A stretch of DNA of 64,000 nt from Isurus oxyrinchus (taxonomy: Eukaryota). Made by a program: the position numbers and the translations under genes. The stretch covers positions 96,100,001 to 96,164,000 of the forward strand of contig JANJGN010000017.1 in NCBI GenBank assembly GCA_026770705.1. The letters are read 5' to 3'. Below the pieces are notes generated by a model that did no database searches, was not told the origin of the DNA, and saw only the letters and a list, made by a program, of their open reading frames with translations. Shown one piece after another: positions 1-12,055 of the stretch (the first letter of the stretch is position 1; every line of letters begins with the position of its first letter).

Positions 1-560
1 AGAGTGGGGGAGGTGAAGACATGGAAAGGGTGGTGATGAAGAGAGAAGAGATGAAGAGATAGTGGAGATGAAGAGAGAATGGAGTTGAAGACATAATGTA
101 GATGAAGAGAGAGTGGAAATGAAGAGACAGCAGAGATGAAAAGAGGGTGGAGATGAGAGAGGGTGGAGATGAAGGGAGGGTGGAGATAAAGAGAGGGTAG
201 AGGTGAAGAGAGGGTGGAGATAATGTGAGGGTGGAGATGAAAAGAAGATGGAAATGAAGAGAGGGTGGAGATGAAGAGAAGGTGGAGATGAAGAGAGGGG
301 GGAGATGAAGAAAGGATGGAGATGAAGAGAGGGTAGAGGTGAAGAGAGGGTGGAGATGAAGAGGGGGGGAGATGAAGAGAGGGTGGAAATAATGGGAGGG
401 TGGAGATGAAGAGAAGGTGGAGATGAAGAGAGGGTGGAAATGAAGAGAGGGTGGAGATGAAGAGAGGGTAGAGATGAAGAGAGGGTGGAGATGAAGAGAG
501 GGTGGAAATGAAGAGAGGGTTGAGAAGAAGAGAGGGTGGAAATGAAGAGTGGTGGAGTTG
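1..560 (+). repeat. Purine-rich 17-bp minisatellite (GAGAGGGTGGAGATGAA)n in intron 3
   Basis: Directly visible degenerate tandem 17-mers. Confidence 0.9.
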
Positions 561-804
561 CAGAGTACTTTTTGATCTGCTTTTCTTGTCAGGTCACATG
601 GGAGGTCAGTTTTCTGCTGCTGTCTCTCTCTAATTGGCTACACAGGAAATGCTGGGGAGATTTGGGGTAACAAGGAATTTGTCCAAAGGCTGTTCATCAC
701 TCTTTGGGAGAAAATTGTGAAATTGTTCAGTGAAAACAGTACAGTACAAATTTAACCCTTACCCTTGGGATCATTCTGATGCTTTACTCACCTGTGTTTT
801 CCAG

Positions 805-931
805 GTATAGCAGACCAACTGGCTACCCAGATGATTGTATCGCAGTTTTTGACCATGAGAATTGTCAATATCGGGTCCACAAGAAGAATGATACTTCTGT
901 TGAATGTCCAGTGTATGCCAGTGTTGGGTAA
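805..931 (+). CDS. MSMB: Beta-microseminoprotein-like gene, copy 0: terminal coding exon only (upstream exons lie outside the window)
   Basis: Acceptor ttttccag|G, then YSRPTGYPDDCIAVFDHENCQYRVHKKNDTSVECPVYASVG*. This matches the PxGY..C..(8)..C.Y.V..K.D....C pattern of the MSMB last exon. AATAAA follows at 936-941. Confidence 0.85.
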
Positions 932-1099
932 TCAGAATAAAAGCATTTAATTTCCAATATAAAACCATCAGCTTCATTCTCGATGCAAGTACCATGGGAG
1001 AATGGGAGCCTTGCTTCCTCCATGAAACATCAATATTACAATAAAGATATTTCACAGTGGTTTCATTCTCAAACTTGATCTATTATTTCAACAAGACAT

Positions 1100-1108
1100 A
1101 TGAGTGCG

Positions 1109-1151
<43 letters not shown>
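1100..1151 (+). repeat. (TG)n microsatellite downstream of the gene
   Basis: Directly visible. Confidence 0.95.
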
Positions 1152-1152
<1 letters not shown>

Positions 1153-1520
1153 ACGGGGAGGGAAAAAGTGTCCAGAGTAGACAGTGTGAGTGCAAAAGAG
1201 AATATACAAGAGTGTATAAGACAGAGAGTGTGAGAGAGAGTAGGCCAGAGAGAGAGAGTGCACCAACAGGAGTATGTGTGGGAGAGCGTGTGTATACGAG
1301 GAAGTACATGTGGATATGAGACACCATGGCTGTTGTAAGCTACAATGCTCAATGGGTTACATATGAAGAATAATTAGCCGGATTAAGTGGGTCTTTCCTG
1401 AACCAATCACAAAGGATGTGAAGAGGGAAAGAAATCCAAGCCAGAAAGGTCTTTAAAGAAGTTGCTGACACCCATTCACATTGTATCTGGGCACATTGTC
1501 TCTTCATGTTCCTTTCTTCA

Positions 1521-1856
1521 GGAGGTCTTGTGGCTCAGTGGGTAGTGACCCTGCCTCTGAGCCCGAAGCTTCAAGGTCAATTCTTAGCCAGGACTTGACG
1601 GCCAAGGAAGGTGCAACAATGAAGGAGCCAAACAGGTAAATCCTACAACCGGTAAATCCTTCTAACCAGTGTATGGCAGGTGGAAAGAGTGGGAGAGTCT
1701 CCTGGGCAGCCATGTTTGGCATAGAGTGATGCCCCTCGAGGTATAACCTCTAGATTCAGGGTGGTGACCTGTTCCAGGAAAAATAAGCAGCGGGAACAAA
1801 CGTAAGCGTGTGCTTTGTCTGCCTCCTGTGTCTCCAGGTGTAGGGAGAGAGTATGA
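1521..1856 (+). mobile_element. tRNA-derived SINE
   Basis: Pol III A box TGGCTCAGTGG at 1531 and a degenerate B box GGTCAATTC near 1575. It is flanked by a 13-bp target-site duplication (TSD), GTTCCTTTCTTCA, at 1508-1520 and 1857-1869. Confidence 0.75.
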
Positions 1857-2149
1857 GTTCCTTTCTTCACAAAACACAGGGGATCAAAAACAAACCCATC
1901 AACATTGACTGGCGGCTGAGAGCTAAGCATAGAAAAGTTTCAGTTTTCTCATTGATTACACTGAGTAGTTTAGTTATATGCAGTAATCAATAACCAAAAG
2001 CATATAAACCCAAAATAATATTATGCTGAATTGTCCCTGTTGTCTCAGTAGAAAGTCATAAAACAAAACAAAATGACAAGATAAGCTAAATTTAGAGGGA
2101 TGGATCATCCAGAAATTGACACCTTAGCGGGCCAATCAGGAGACAACAG

Positions 2150-2950
2150 GAAATCGTATCAGTAGATGACCAACGCCATGAAGAAACCAGTCAGGAACTG
2201 ATCAAGCACCTCTCAACTAATCAGGGCCTGGTCACGCACCACATGGACCAATCAGGGACAAGTGACATGACTGATCATGCACATGCTTCGTGGTTTGCAA
2301 AGAGTTAAACAGCACCAGATTTGAACTGCTTTGACCTTCCCAGTGACCTTCTCCCAAACTGGCATGGTGAGGTTGGTGGACCTGCTGCTACCATCACTGG
2401 GATAGAGGAAATCCCTCTGCTCCTGGGCTGCCTGGAGGAGTTTCTGAAGGGAGCTGTCGCTGAACTTTGCAGCCAATTGTTTGGATCTCCTCAGGGTCCT
2501 CACTCACCACAACAAGTCCTGGGCCGCACACAGTGACGGTGTGTATGGGTCTCATTTCAAAATGGCACAGGACATTCAACCCCATGAGGTAAAAGGTAAC
2601 CCCAGCCCACCCCGACAACACATTCAATGAGCTGATGAATGAGCTGAAGAGCAGACGATCTGGTGAGAACCGACATCCAGTGGGAATCACACCCACTATC
2701 CAGCCACCACAGCACTTAGCCTCCAGAACAGAAAATTCCACCACAGACTTGAGCACACAGTGGAGGCCCATTGTTCCCAGTGCAGTTACACATAGCCAAT
2801 CCATGTTCCCCAATTTATACCAGTGATGCTGAGGTCAATTAATTCCGACCCAACATCAGCCAGGCTCATATTTGCCCAGATTGGACGTTATTGTCTGGGT
2901 GTGTTAGCCAGTGCTAAGGGTGTACTGCATTATCACACAAAATGTTGAAC
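2150..2950 (-). mobile_element. Decayed PIF/Harbinger-like fragment with a Myb/SANT-like ORF remnant (also near 23880-24700, 37470-38290 and 51065-51885)
   Basis: ORF 2252..2503(-) contains AAKFSDSSLQKLLQAAQEQRDFLYPSDG...WEKVTGKV, resembling the FS..L..L...LF....W..V Myb/SANT-like motif of Harbinger accessory proteins. Boundaries are approximate. Confidence 0.45.
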
Positions 2951-3004
2951 TGAGATCCTGCTGACATTCACTGCTTCATGTAAGAGATCCCATGGCTCAA
3001 GGGG

Positions 3005-4123
3005 TGGGGTGAGAGTGATTGCCCTTGACATCAAGGCTGCATTTGACCAAGTGTGGCATCAGGGAGCCCCAGCAAAACTGGACTCAATGGGAGTCAGGGG
3101 GCAAACTCTCTGCTGGTTGGAGTCATACCTAGCACAAAGGAAGATGGTTGTGGTTGTTGAAGGTCAATCATCTCAGTCCCAGGACATCACTGCAGGAGTT
3201 GCTCAGGGTAGTGTCCTAGGCCCAACCATCTTCAGCTGCTTCATCAATGACCTTCCTTCCATCACAAGGTCAGAAGTGAGGATGTTCGCTGATGATTGCA
3301 CAATGTTCAGCACCATTCGCAACTCCTCAGATAGTGAAGCAGTCCATGTCCAAATGCAGCAAGACCTGGACAATATTCAGGCTTGGGCTGACAAGTGGCA
3401 GGGAACGTTCGCACCACACAAGTGTCAGGCAATGACTATCTCCAACAAGAGAGAACACAACCATCACCCCTTGACATTTAAGGCATTGCCATCACTGAAT
3501 TTCCCACTATCAACATCCTGAGGGTTACAATTTCCAGAAACGGAACTGGAATAGCCATATAAATACTGTGGCTACAAGAGCAGGTCAGAGGCTAAGAGTC
3601 CTGTGATGGGTAATTCACCTCCTGGCTCCCCAAATTCTGCCCACCATCTACAAGGCACAAGTCAGGAGTGTGATGGAATACACCCCACATGCCTGGATGA
3701 GTGCAGCTCCCAAAACAGTCCAGAACCTCAATACCATCTGGGACAAAGCAGCCTGCTTGATTGGCACCACATCTACCAACGAACCACAATAGCAGCAGTG
3801 TGTACCATTTAGAAGGTGCACTGCAGGAACCCACCAAGCCTCCTTAAACAGCATCTTCCAAACCCATGACTACGACCATCTAGGAGGACAAGGGCAACAG
3901 ATAGATGGGAACACCACCAACAGAAGGATCCCCTCCAATTCAATCACCATCCTGACTTCGAAATATCTCGCAGTTCCTTCACTGTCACTGGATCAAAATC
4001 CTGGAACTCCCTCCCTAACAGCGCTGTGGGTGTCCCAACACCACATGGACTACAGCGGTTCAAGAAGGCAGCTCACCACAACCATCTCAAGGGCAATTAG
4101 AGATGTGCAATAACAATGCTGGC
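3005..4123 (+). mobile_element. 5'-truncated CR1-clade LINE (RT C-terminus and 3' UTR); tail resumes at 5298-5338 after the LTR element
   Basis: ORF 3009..3521 has the non-LTR RT motifs LDIKAAFDQV, GVAQGSVLGPTIFSCFINDL and FADD, followed by a frameshifted C-terminus. The 3' UTR ends ..gatgcccatg..gaataaaaaaaa. Confidence 0.9.
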
Positions 4124-5292
4124 TGCAGTAATTGAAGGTATAGTCTTTCCGACCAATGAGGCCTAAGCGTGGATAATCTAGGGGGTGTGGTTTTCTTGTT
4201 GAGGATATGGTTCAAGCATGTAGCTTCTGAAAAGCTCTCTGTAATAAACTCAGTAAGAAGGATCATGTGGACTCGAAACGTTAACTCTGTTTCTCTCTCC
4301 ACAGATGCTGTTAGACCTCCTGAGTTTCTTCAGTATTTGCTATATTTGTTTCACATTTTCAGCATCCACAGTATTTTGCTTTTATCTGTAATAAAGTTAT
4401 CTGTTTGAAGTAGAAACCTGTCCAGTACGTCAAGTCATTACGTTTAATGATGAGGGTGAGATAGCTCCGACGCTGCACCTCGCCTTGTGAATGTGAATAC
4501 GTCAGATCTTAAGAAAAAAAGAAAAGTATACTCACCAGTCATGCCACTCTTCAGCAGAATCGATCCTTATGACGCGACGATGGGAGACTGGAGCCAGTAT
4601 GTAGAGCATCTTGGTTTTTATTTCATGGCGAACAAAATTACCATGGAGGAGAAGCAGAAAGCAACCCTTCTGAGTGTATGTGGTAGCAAGACACACAATC
4701 TCATCCACGGTCTGATGGCCCTGAATGTGCCCAATTCTAAGCACTTTAACATGTTTGTGGACCTTGTGAAAACACATTCTCAGCTGAAGCCATCGATAAT
4801 AATGCAGAGGATTAACTCCAGAGTAAGGGCCCAAGAAGAGTCCATTACAACCTACATAGCCAAGTTGAAGCAGTTGACTGAGCACTGTGACTATGGAGAC
4901 AAACTCAATGATATGTTGCGGGACTGATTAGTTGGTGGCGTTCACAACAACCCCATTCAGTGCAGTTTAATCGCAGAGGTCAACATCGATATGATGAGCG
5001 TCATGGAAATAGCACTAGCTGTGGAAAGTGCTGCGAAAGACTCTCAGGCTTTACAGCACATACAACATGGCGCTGTTCTTCATGTGGGGTGAGAAACTCC
5101 GAAAACCAGAGACACAGCAGCAAAGCGAGAGGCAATCTCTGCTGCTAGTAAAATGAAAAGACCTAGTGGAAGCATTTTAGCAGCAGCTCCAACGTTAATC
5201 TGTTATACATGTGGGGGTAACTTCTGAAAAGCTCGCTGTAATAAAGCTTTCTGTTTCAAGAGAAAACCTGTCCCGTACGTCAAGTCATTACA
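4124..5292 (+). mobile_element. Ty3/Gypsy LTR retrotransposon, internally deleted (5' LTR and gag fused to a partial 3' LTR)
   Basis: TG...CA ends with TSD CTGGC on both sides and gag-like ORF 4487..4927. The junction near 5220 removes all of pol. Confidence 0.85.
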
Positions 5293-5339
5293 CTGGCACA
5301 GCCAGTGATGCCCATGTTCATTGAAAGAATAAAAAAAAC

Positions 5340-5611
5340 TATTTTGAAGAAGAGAGGAGGTGTCCTTTGTATTGTGGTCTTTACTCACTGACTGACATTT
5401 CCACAGTCATTGCCCTCAGAATCAGGGTGAATATCCTCGCCGGTGAGTGGACTTGAGTTCCAGCCAATGGTTGCTGCTGACGTGGCCATTGCTGGGCACC
5501 ATGAGGATTTGAACTTTGTAACCTTGAAGCTGATGAATAATAATCTACACCAGCCAAACAGGACAGAAATTCCTCTCTTGGTGACTGTAAAGGTGTCTCG
5601 TTGGGCTGAGT
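5340..5611 (+). promoter_or_regulatory. Putative proximal promoter and 5' UTR of copy A (homologues precede every copy)
   Basis: Non-TE segment conserved in all units directly upstream of the exon 1 ATG. It has CCAAT near 5464 and an AT-rich TATA-like element (gaataataat here, gaataaaaat in copies B-E) about 75 bp before the ATG. Confidence 0.45.
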
Positions 5612-6284
5612 ATGGTATGTTTGAGTGTGACTCAGATTGTGTTTGTACTTGTGAGGGATTATTTCATCTGGGAACATGTTGCTGGTGAACCTATTTGCAT
5701 TGATACTTGTATTTGTTACAGGATGTTCTCCTGCATTGATAAGAATGTATATTTTTTGGGACTAAGCAGTCACTTTACAGCAGGGGTGAGGAACCCTCGA
5801 CCCGGAGGCTGGATCCAGCCCCTTGTACTTTTTCATCCGGCCCGCTGAGTTTTTCAAAGCGCGGTCTCACCAACCTACCCGCTACTCCCTCGAGTACCTG
5901 ATGCGCTCTGAGCCAGCTGCCGCCATCTCCTGCTGCCTCAGCCTTGGCCACAGTCTGCAGAAGCCCAGGCTCTGTGGAGAGTGTCAGGGGCAAGATCTAG
6001 GAGCAGGAGGGCAGGGACAGGAAGCTGCCGGCTGCTGATCGGGTGGTGAAGTGTGAGTTAGCCGGGACAGGGGAGAAAGGGAGCAGCTCACCCAGCACCA
6101 TCGGCGGCTCACCCCCCCCCCCCTTATCCTTCCAACTCCATTGGTGTCGCAGGACAGGGTTTCAGCTCCTGCAGAGTGAGGGAGAGGCCCAGGCTCCTGG
6201 CCCAGGTGTAGCCTCTGACTGGGAGTTGGCCAGATGGTTGGACTGTTGAGTCACTGCACTGGTTTGGGGGTGACACAGAATAGG

Positions 6285-6320
<36 letters not shown>

Positions 6321-9300
6321 CAGAGTGGGAAAGGAGAGGGAGAGAGAGAGAGATAGTGGGAAATGAGAGGGAAAGAGAGAGAGGCAGAGTGGGAAAGGAG
6401 AGAGAAAGACAGTGGGAAAGGAGAGGGTGAGGGAGATGAGAGATGGGAAAGGAGTGAGAGAGCAAGGGAGAGAGATTGGGAAAAGAGAGGGTGAGGGAGA
6501 GAGAGAGAGTGGGAAAGGACAGAGAGAGAGAGAGCGAGAGAGAGAGTGGGAAAGGAAAGCAAGCAAAACGTTGAGCTGAATCTCAGCAGTACTGTGATTG
6601 AGACAGAGAAACTGCTTCTCATGAAGGGAAAGCAAACACAGGCATCGCATTCAAGCAGTGGGTGGGTTGAACGTTTCTATATTCTCTCTTAAAAAGATAA
6701 ATGAAGTTGCTTATTATGTGTGTGGGCCCCCGACTGATTTGGTCTATGTGTGAATAGCCCTGAATAAGAAAAGGTTTTCCCATCCTTGCTTTAGAGGTTG
6801 GTCATTAGACACTTTCAGCAGCAAGAGCAGGGAGGTGTGAGGCATCGCTGGAAGACACAATAATTGAATTCGTGTCTCCGAGGTGCCCACAGGCCTGTTC
6901 TGGAGTAAAGAATCTGTAAAGGAAGCAGTCTGGCGTGGGAAGCACATTCCACCGGCCAGCCGAAATGGGAGAACAGGATACCGAAATGGCCATGGAGCTG
7001 AACCAGTTAACAGTGAGCAATAAGTAACCAGCTCGTTTAAAGCATTCAGCACCAGCGAACAAATCCATGTGGAGAAGGGCATCTAACACGTGGGAACACC
7101 ATCTTCAGGTCACACACCATCCTGACTTGGAGTTTGTTGTTCCTTCACTGTCACTTGGTCCAAATCCTGGAACTCGCTCCCTCACAACACACATTGGTTT
7201 AGATGCAACACAGGGACTGCAGCAGTTCAAGGAGGTGGCTCAACATCACCTTCTCAAGGCAATAAGGAATGGGCAATAAATGCTGGCCCAGCCAGGATGA
7301 TTTTTTCAATCAGAAATGTCAGACTGGCTCAGGAGGCCTTCTGGTTCTGGACTCATGAATTGAGACAAATGTTTAGGTAGAACAAAGGAAACTTTGTTCT
7401 GAACCAGACCACACTGTCACTGAATGGGAGCACTGGGTACAGACAGCGGTTGTCGCTGAACAAGGTAATGACCCTTCCCCAGAATTGACATCCATCAGCT
7501 TGAACAGTAAGCTCCAAATGTTTCAGAAAATGGGAATGAGAAACTTGATTGTGAACTCAGTTTCATATCCTGTGAAAAGTGTGTGAGGAGGAAATGTAAA
7601 TCTGAGATGTCCTGAATGTGAATCATGTTTCCCTGGGATTTGAGCTCCTACTTTGTTTGGACACATTTCTGGATGTTGTATCATGTCTTTCAGTCTCCAC
7701 ACCCGACTCTTGGTGTGAGTTATGTTTCTCTCTCAGACACATCCACTTGAAAAAGCAATAGACCTCGGTTGTACTATTTGTGGACAGCCTTTGTTATCCA
7801 GTTTTCAGCAGGAACGCATTAAATATTCAAGAATAAGAATAGAAAATCCTGTTATTTCCTGGGTTATCTTCTGGGTTCCAGAAATCTATTCCTGGAGTCT
7901 CCATACCAACACTGGAGGATTGGGAACCCCTCCCAGTAATGCTTAAGTCTCATACAGATGTCAAGTCCCATATACAATTCTGTTAAGGTTTTGTATCACC
8001 TTGTGCATCCCCAAGGTAAACAAGTGATGTGTGAGGATGGATATGTTTTTGTAGCTTCAGGGTCAAGAAATGAAGCCCCCTGTTCCGCTCCCTTTTTAAG
8101 AGAATGTCTGAACTACCTGTTTATCAGCTAATCCCTCAATCCACTCCACAAACAATCCCAGTTGTTTTTGGACGACTCCCGGTACTTTATTGACCATCAC
8201 TCTGATTGATAACTTCTATCTGATTGGGAATTAGTCTAATCTAAGTGACATGACCAAGTTCCTCAACATGTTCCCTCTTTATTCCCTCCCCCACCCGGAC
8301 CCCACACCAACCCCATAGAAACTCATCTTGTGCCTTACTCTGCTGCTCCTGGCTGTTGAACATGGAGAATCTTACTGTTTCGCCAAACCTCGCAAACGTA
8401 AGTACCAAACCTTTGCCAACTTTCCATTTAGATCTGGGGTGAAAATGAGCTAAACATAAGAACTGAGGCTGAATGTAACCTCCACCCAATTGATGAATGT
8501 TGTCAATGGCTATGGAACCCAAATCCAGCATGAGAGAGGGATAGTCCCAGCCTCACATAACTGCTCCAGGCCACATGAATCCTCAGGGATTGCCTTACAC
8601 AGTCCCCCTCCCCAAGGGTCCAAGAGGGAATAGGCCAGTATCCTGCCTTGTCAAATTCACCAGCTCCTGCTCCATGGGCCAAATCAGACGCCAGCAAGTA
8701 TCCAGCCCATTCCTGTCCACCAACCCACCCCCATCCAGAAGGAGTTGGACAGGGGTCACTGGATGGATACAACCCCCTTTGCCACTGGCAGTCATCGTGT
8801 TCCGAGGTTCATGGCTGTGAAACTCTCAGGCCCAGGTCTTCTTGGATATGGAACTTGGCTCTTCCCAAGTCCACAGAGCTCACCGATGATTCAGCCGACC
8901 AGGCAGTTCTTCAAACTCCCAAATGTCAATACAAGCCCATGGTACCTCTGCAGTCTTTGATGAGGCATTGACAGACCAATCTCAATGTCTTTCTCTCTCT
9001 CTCTCACTCTCGCTTCTGGAATTCCAGACTCACCAAACTGCAGGGATGATGTTGATGGCACCTGGCATGAACCTGGTGAAAGCTGGATAAACTCTGACTG
9101 CATGAGATGTTCGTGCTTGAGTGAATCGATAAACTGCTGTTCAACGTAAGTGATTCTCTGCCGTTGTAGCTCAAATAGCCCTTTTGTGTTATTCTGCACT
9201 GATCTTTCTTATTGAAGCACAAAGTGGATTTGGGATGAGCAGCCAGACAAGGAGTCGTTTCCGTCATCTTGTTATAATGATAAAAAGAAGCAATCACTCA

Positions 9301-11431
9301 CAAAGGATTGGGTAACCACGTTGTGGCTTTATTTTGTGAGGCTAGACATCTGGGTACATTTATACTAAGGTAAAAAGTTTGAAAATATCAGAGCTGTGCT
9401 GTTCTCTAATCATAGGCAAAAGTGAAACTAAGACCAGATCACATGACATTCTTCCCTTCCAGTGATGTCATGTTGCTACCTCTTAAAGAGATATTACCAC
9501 AAATTCAAAGGTAGTTTACAGATTGGGAAACACTGCAGGATTGGTGGTTTCTGGTTAGCGGAATGAACAGAACACATGACTTCCTCCTTCTCATTTCCAG
9601 ACATGTTAGCACCTGAGGTATCACCCAAGCCCCGTGCACAGCACCAAATTTTGGGATACAAGCAGTCGATAAAATGGTGGCAGGGCTCAGACTGCGATGG
9701 GGAGGGAGAGTGAGGAGTGGGAGAACATTCCAATGTGGAGATGCCCCACTGTAAAAGAGCGTGTAGATGAGGAGAGGGCGGAGCTGACGAGTGAGAGGAG
9801 ATGAAGAGAGAGCAGAGAACAAGAGAGAGCGGAGACTAAGAGAGAGCGGCGTCGAAGACAGACTGGAGACGGAGAGTGGAGACAGGGAGAGAGTAGAGAT
9901 GGAGATAGAGTTTGGATGAGAGAGGGTGCGGAGGGAGAAAGTGGAGATGAAGATAGAGTGCTGTTGAAGAGAGTGCAGATAGAGTACTGTAGAGAGAGTG
10001 GAGATGCAGAAAGGACGGAGAAGAAGAGGCGAGGGGAGGGTGCAGATAAAGGGAGAGTGTAGATTTAAAGAGGGTGGGATGAAGAGATTGGGGATGAGGA
10101 GATAATTTAGATGAGAGAATCTGCAAATGAAGAGAGAGATATGTTGAAGAGAGGTTGGAGAGGAAGAGAGGTAGGAGATGAAGAGAGAATGGAGAAGAAG
10201 AGAGAATTGAGATGCAGAGAGAGTGGACATGAAGAGAGAGCAGAAATAAAGAGAGGGTGGAGATGAAGAGAGATTGGAGATAAAGAGAGGGTGACAAAGG
10301 TAATAATGTAAATGAGAGAGTGTGGAAATGAAGACAGAAAGGAGATGAAGAGAGAATGCAGTTGAAGAGAGTGCAGATTGAGAGCTTTAGAGAGAGTGGA
10401 AATGAAGAAAGGGTGGAGATGAAGAGAGGGTGGAGATGAAGAGAGAGCAAAAATTAAGAGAGGGTGAAGATAAAGAGAGGTTGCAGATAAAGAGAAGGCG
10501 GACATACAGAGAGTGCGGCTCAGGTAATAATGTAGATGAGAGAGTGTGGAAATGAAGAGAGAAAGGAGATGAAGAGAGAATGCAGTTGAAGAGAGTGCAG
10601 ATAGGGAGCTTTAGGGAGGGTGGAGATGCAGAGAGGGTGGAGATGAAGAGGCGAGGAGAGAGTGAAGATGAAGAGAGAGAGGAAATGAAGTAAGGGTGGA
10701 GATGAAGAGAGGGAGGAGATAAAGGGAGGGAGGAGATTAAGAAAGGGTGGAGCTGAAGAGAGAGTGGAGATGAAGAGAGGCTGGAGATGAAGAGAGAGTG
10801 GAGATGAAGAGAGGCTGGAGATGAAGAGAGAGTGGAGATGAAGAGAAGGTGGAGATGAAGAGAGGGTGGGGTTAAAGGGAGGGTGGAGATGAAGAGAGAG
10901 TGCAGATGAAGAGAAGTTGGAGATGAAGAGAGGGTGGAGATAAAGTGAGGATGGAGAAGAGAGGGTGGAATTGAAGGGAGAGTGTAGATGAAGAGAAGGT
11001 GGAGATGAAGAGACGGTGGAGATGAAGAGAGGGTGGAAATGAAGAGAGGGTGGAGTTGCAGAGATACTTTTTGATCTGCTTCTCTTGTCAGCCCACATGG
11101 GAGGTCAGTTTTCTGCTGCTGCCTCTCTCCAATTGGCTACTCAGGAACTGCTGGGAAGATATGGGGGAAACAAGGAATTTATCCAAAGGCTGTCCACCAC
11201 CCTTTGGGAGAAAATTATGAAATTGTTCAGTGAAAACAATACAGTGCAAATTTAACCCTTACTCTTGGGATCATTCTGATGCTTTACTCACCTGTATTTT
11301 CCAGGTATTTCAGACCAACTGGCTACCCAGATGATTGTATCGCAGTTTTTGACCGTGCGAATTGTCAATATCGGGTCCACAAGAAGAACGATGCTTCTGT
11401 TGAATGTCAATCGTCTGGCAGTGTTGGGTAA
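5612..11431 (+). CDS. MSMB: Beta-microseminoprotein (PSP94)-like gene, copy A, intact, 4 exons, 108 aa
   Basis: Exons: 5612-5614 (ATG|gtatgt), 8319-8397 (atag|..|gtaagt), 9028-9145 (ttccag|..|gtaagt) and 11305-11431 (ttccag|..TAA, then AATAAA). Phases 0/1/2 join in frame to give MKLILCLTLLLLAVEHGES-YCFAKPRKHSPNCRDDVDGTWHEPGESWINSDCMRCSCLSESINCCSTYFRPTGYPDDCIAVFDRANCQYRVHKKNDASVECQSSGSVG. It has a signal peptide, 10 mature Cys including CxxCxC and CC, and an ATG-only first coding exon as in mammalian MSMB. The exon 1 call is the least certain part. Confidence 0.9.
5781..6788. mobile_element. Non-autonomous hAT (Charlie-like) DNA transposon in intron 1
   Basis: Ends CAGGGGTGAGGAACC and GGTTTTCCCATCCTTG form imperfect terminal inverted repeats. 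The 8-bp TSD is CTTTACAG/CTTTAGAG. It contains an internal GA-rich tract. Confidence 0.7.
7090..7300 (+). mobile_element. CR1-type 3'-tail fragment in intron 1 (progressively deleted in units B-E)
   Basis: Similar to 3905-4120 (ccatcctgactt..ttccttcactgtc..aaatcctggaactc..gggcaataaatgctggcc). Confidence 0.65.
9760..11060 (+). repeat. Purine-rich 17-bp minisatellite in intron 3 of copy A
   Basis: Degenerate GAGAGGGTGGAGATGAA units. They generate the S/L/H/P-rich spurious minus-strand ORFs. Confidence 0.9.
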
Positions 11432-11435
11432 TCAG

Positions 11436-11441
11436 AATAAA
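11436..11441 (+). terminator. Polyadenylation signal of copy A (same position in all copies)
   Basis: AATAAA begins 5 nt after the stop codon (TAAtcagAATAAA) in all six copies. Confidence 0.6.
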
Positions 11442-11597
11442 AGCATTTAATTTCCAATATAAAACCATCAGCTTCATTCTTGATGCAAGTACCATGGGAG
11501 AATGGGAGCCTTGCTTCCTCCATGAAACATCAATATCACAATGAAGATATTTCACAGTGATTTCATTCTGAAACCTTATCTATTATTTCAACAAGTC

Positions 11598-11599
<2 letters not shown>

Positions 11600-11684
<85 letters not shown>
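11600..11684 (+). repeat. (TG)n microsatellite, about 42 units (shorter versions near 22860, 36473, 50066 and 63655)
   Basis: Directly visible. Confidence 0.95.
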
Positions 11685-11686
<2 letters not shown>

Positions 11687-12055
11687 ATGGTGGGGAGGGA
11701 GAAAGCGCGCAGAGTAGACAGTGTGAGTGTAAAAGAGAATATACAAGAGTGTGCAAGAGAGAGAGTGTGAGAGAGAGTATGCCAGCGAGAGAGTGCGCCA
11801 GCAGGAGTATGTGTGGGAGAGCGTGTGTATACGAGGAAGTACATGTGGATTTGAAACACCATGGCTGTTGTAAGCTACAAGGCCCAATGAGTTACATTTA
11901 AAAAATATTTAGCCGGATTAAGTGGGTCTTTCCTGAACCAATCACAAAGGACGTGAAGAGGGAAAGAAATCCAAGCCAGAAAGGTCTTTAAAGAAGTTGC
12001 TGACACCCATTCACATTGTATCTGGGCACATTGTCTCTTCATGTTCCTTTCTTCA

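Noticed and set aside
1-560. Regularly spaced short repeats resembling a CRISPR array
   Set aside because: They are contiguous degenerate 17-mers with no unique spacers, in a eukaryotic context with no cas genes.
1069-1352. HT/CV-repeat ORFs near the (TG)n tracts
   Set aside because: They are microsatellite translation artefacts.
1521-1600. tRNA gene
   Set aside because: Only A/B-box similarity is present, without a full cloverleaf, and it is embedded in a TSD-flanked SINE.
5615-5725. Possibility that the deletion in C-E is a precise intron loss (the segment starts GT and contains ttacag near its end)
   Set aside because: Precise splicing would leave ATGgatgttctcc, but the observed junction is ATGatctcc. 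This fits ATG microhomology deletion instead.
11092-11254. Open frame after a pyrimidine-rich ag upstream of exon 4 (possible extra exon)
   Set aside because: It has no good donor and no family similarity, and exons 3 and 4 already join in frame with canonical Cys spacing.
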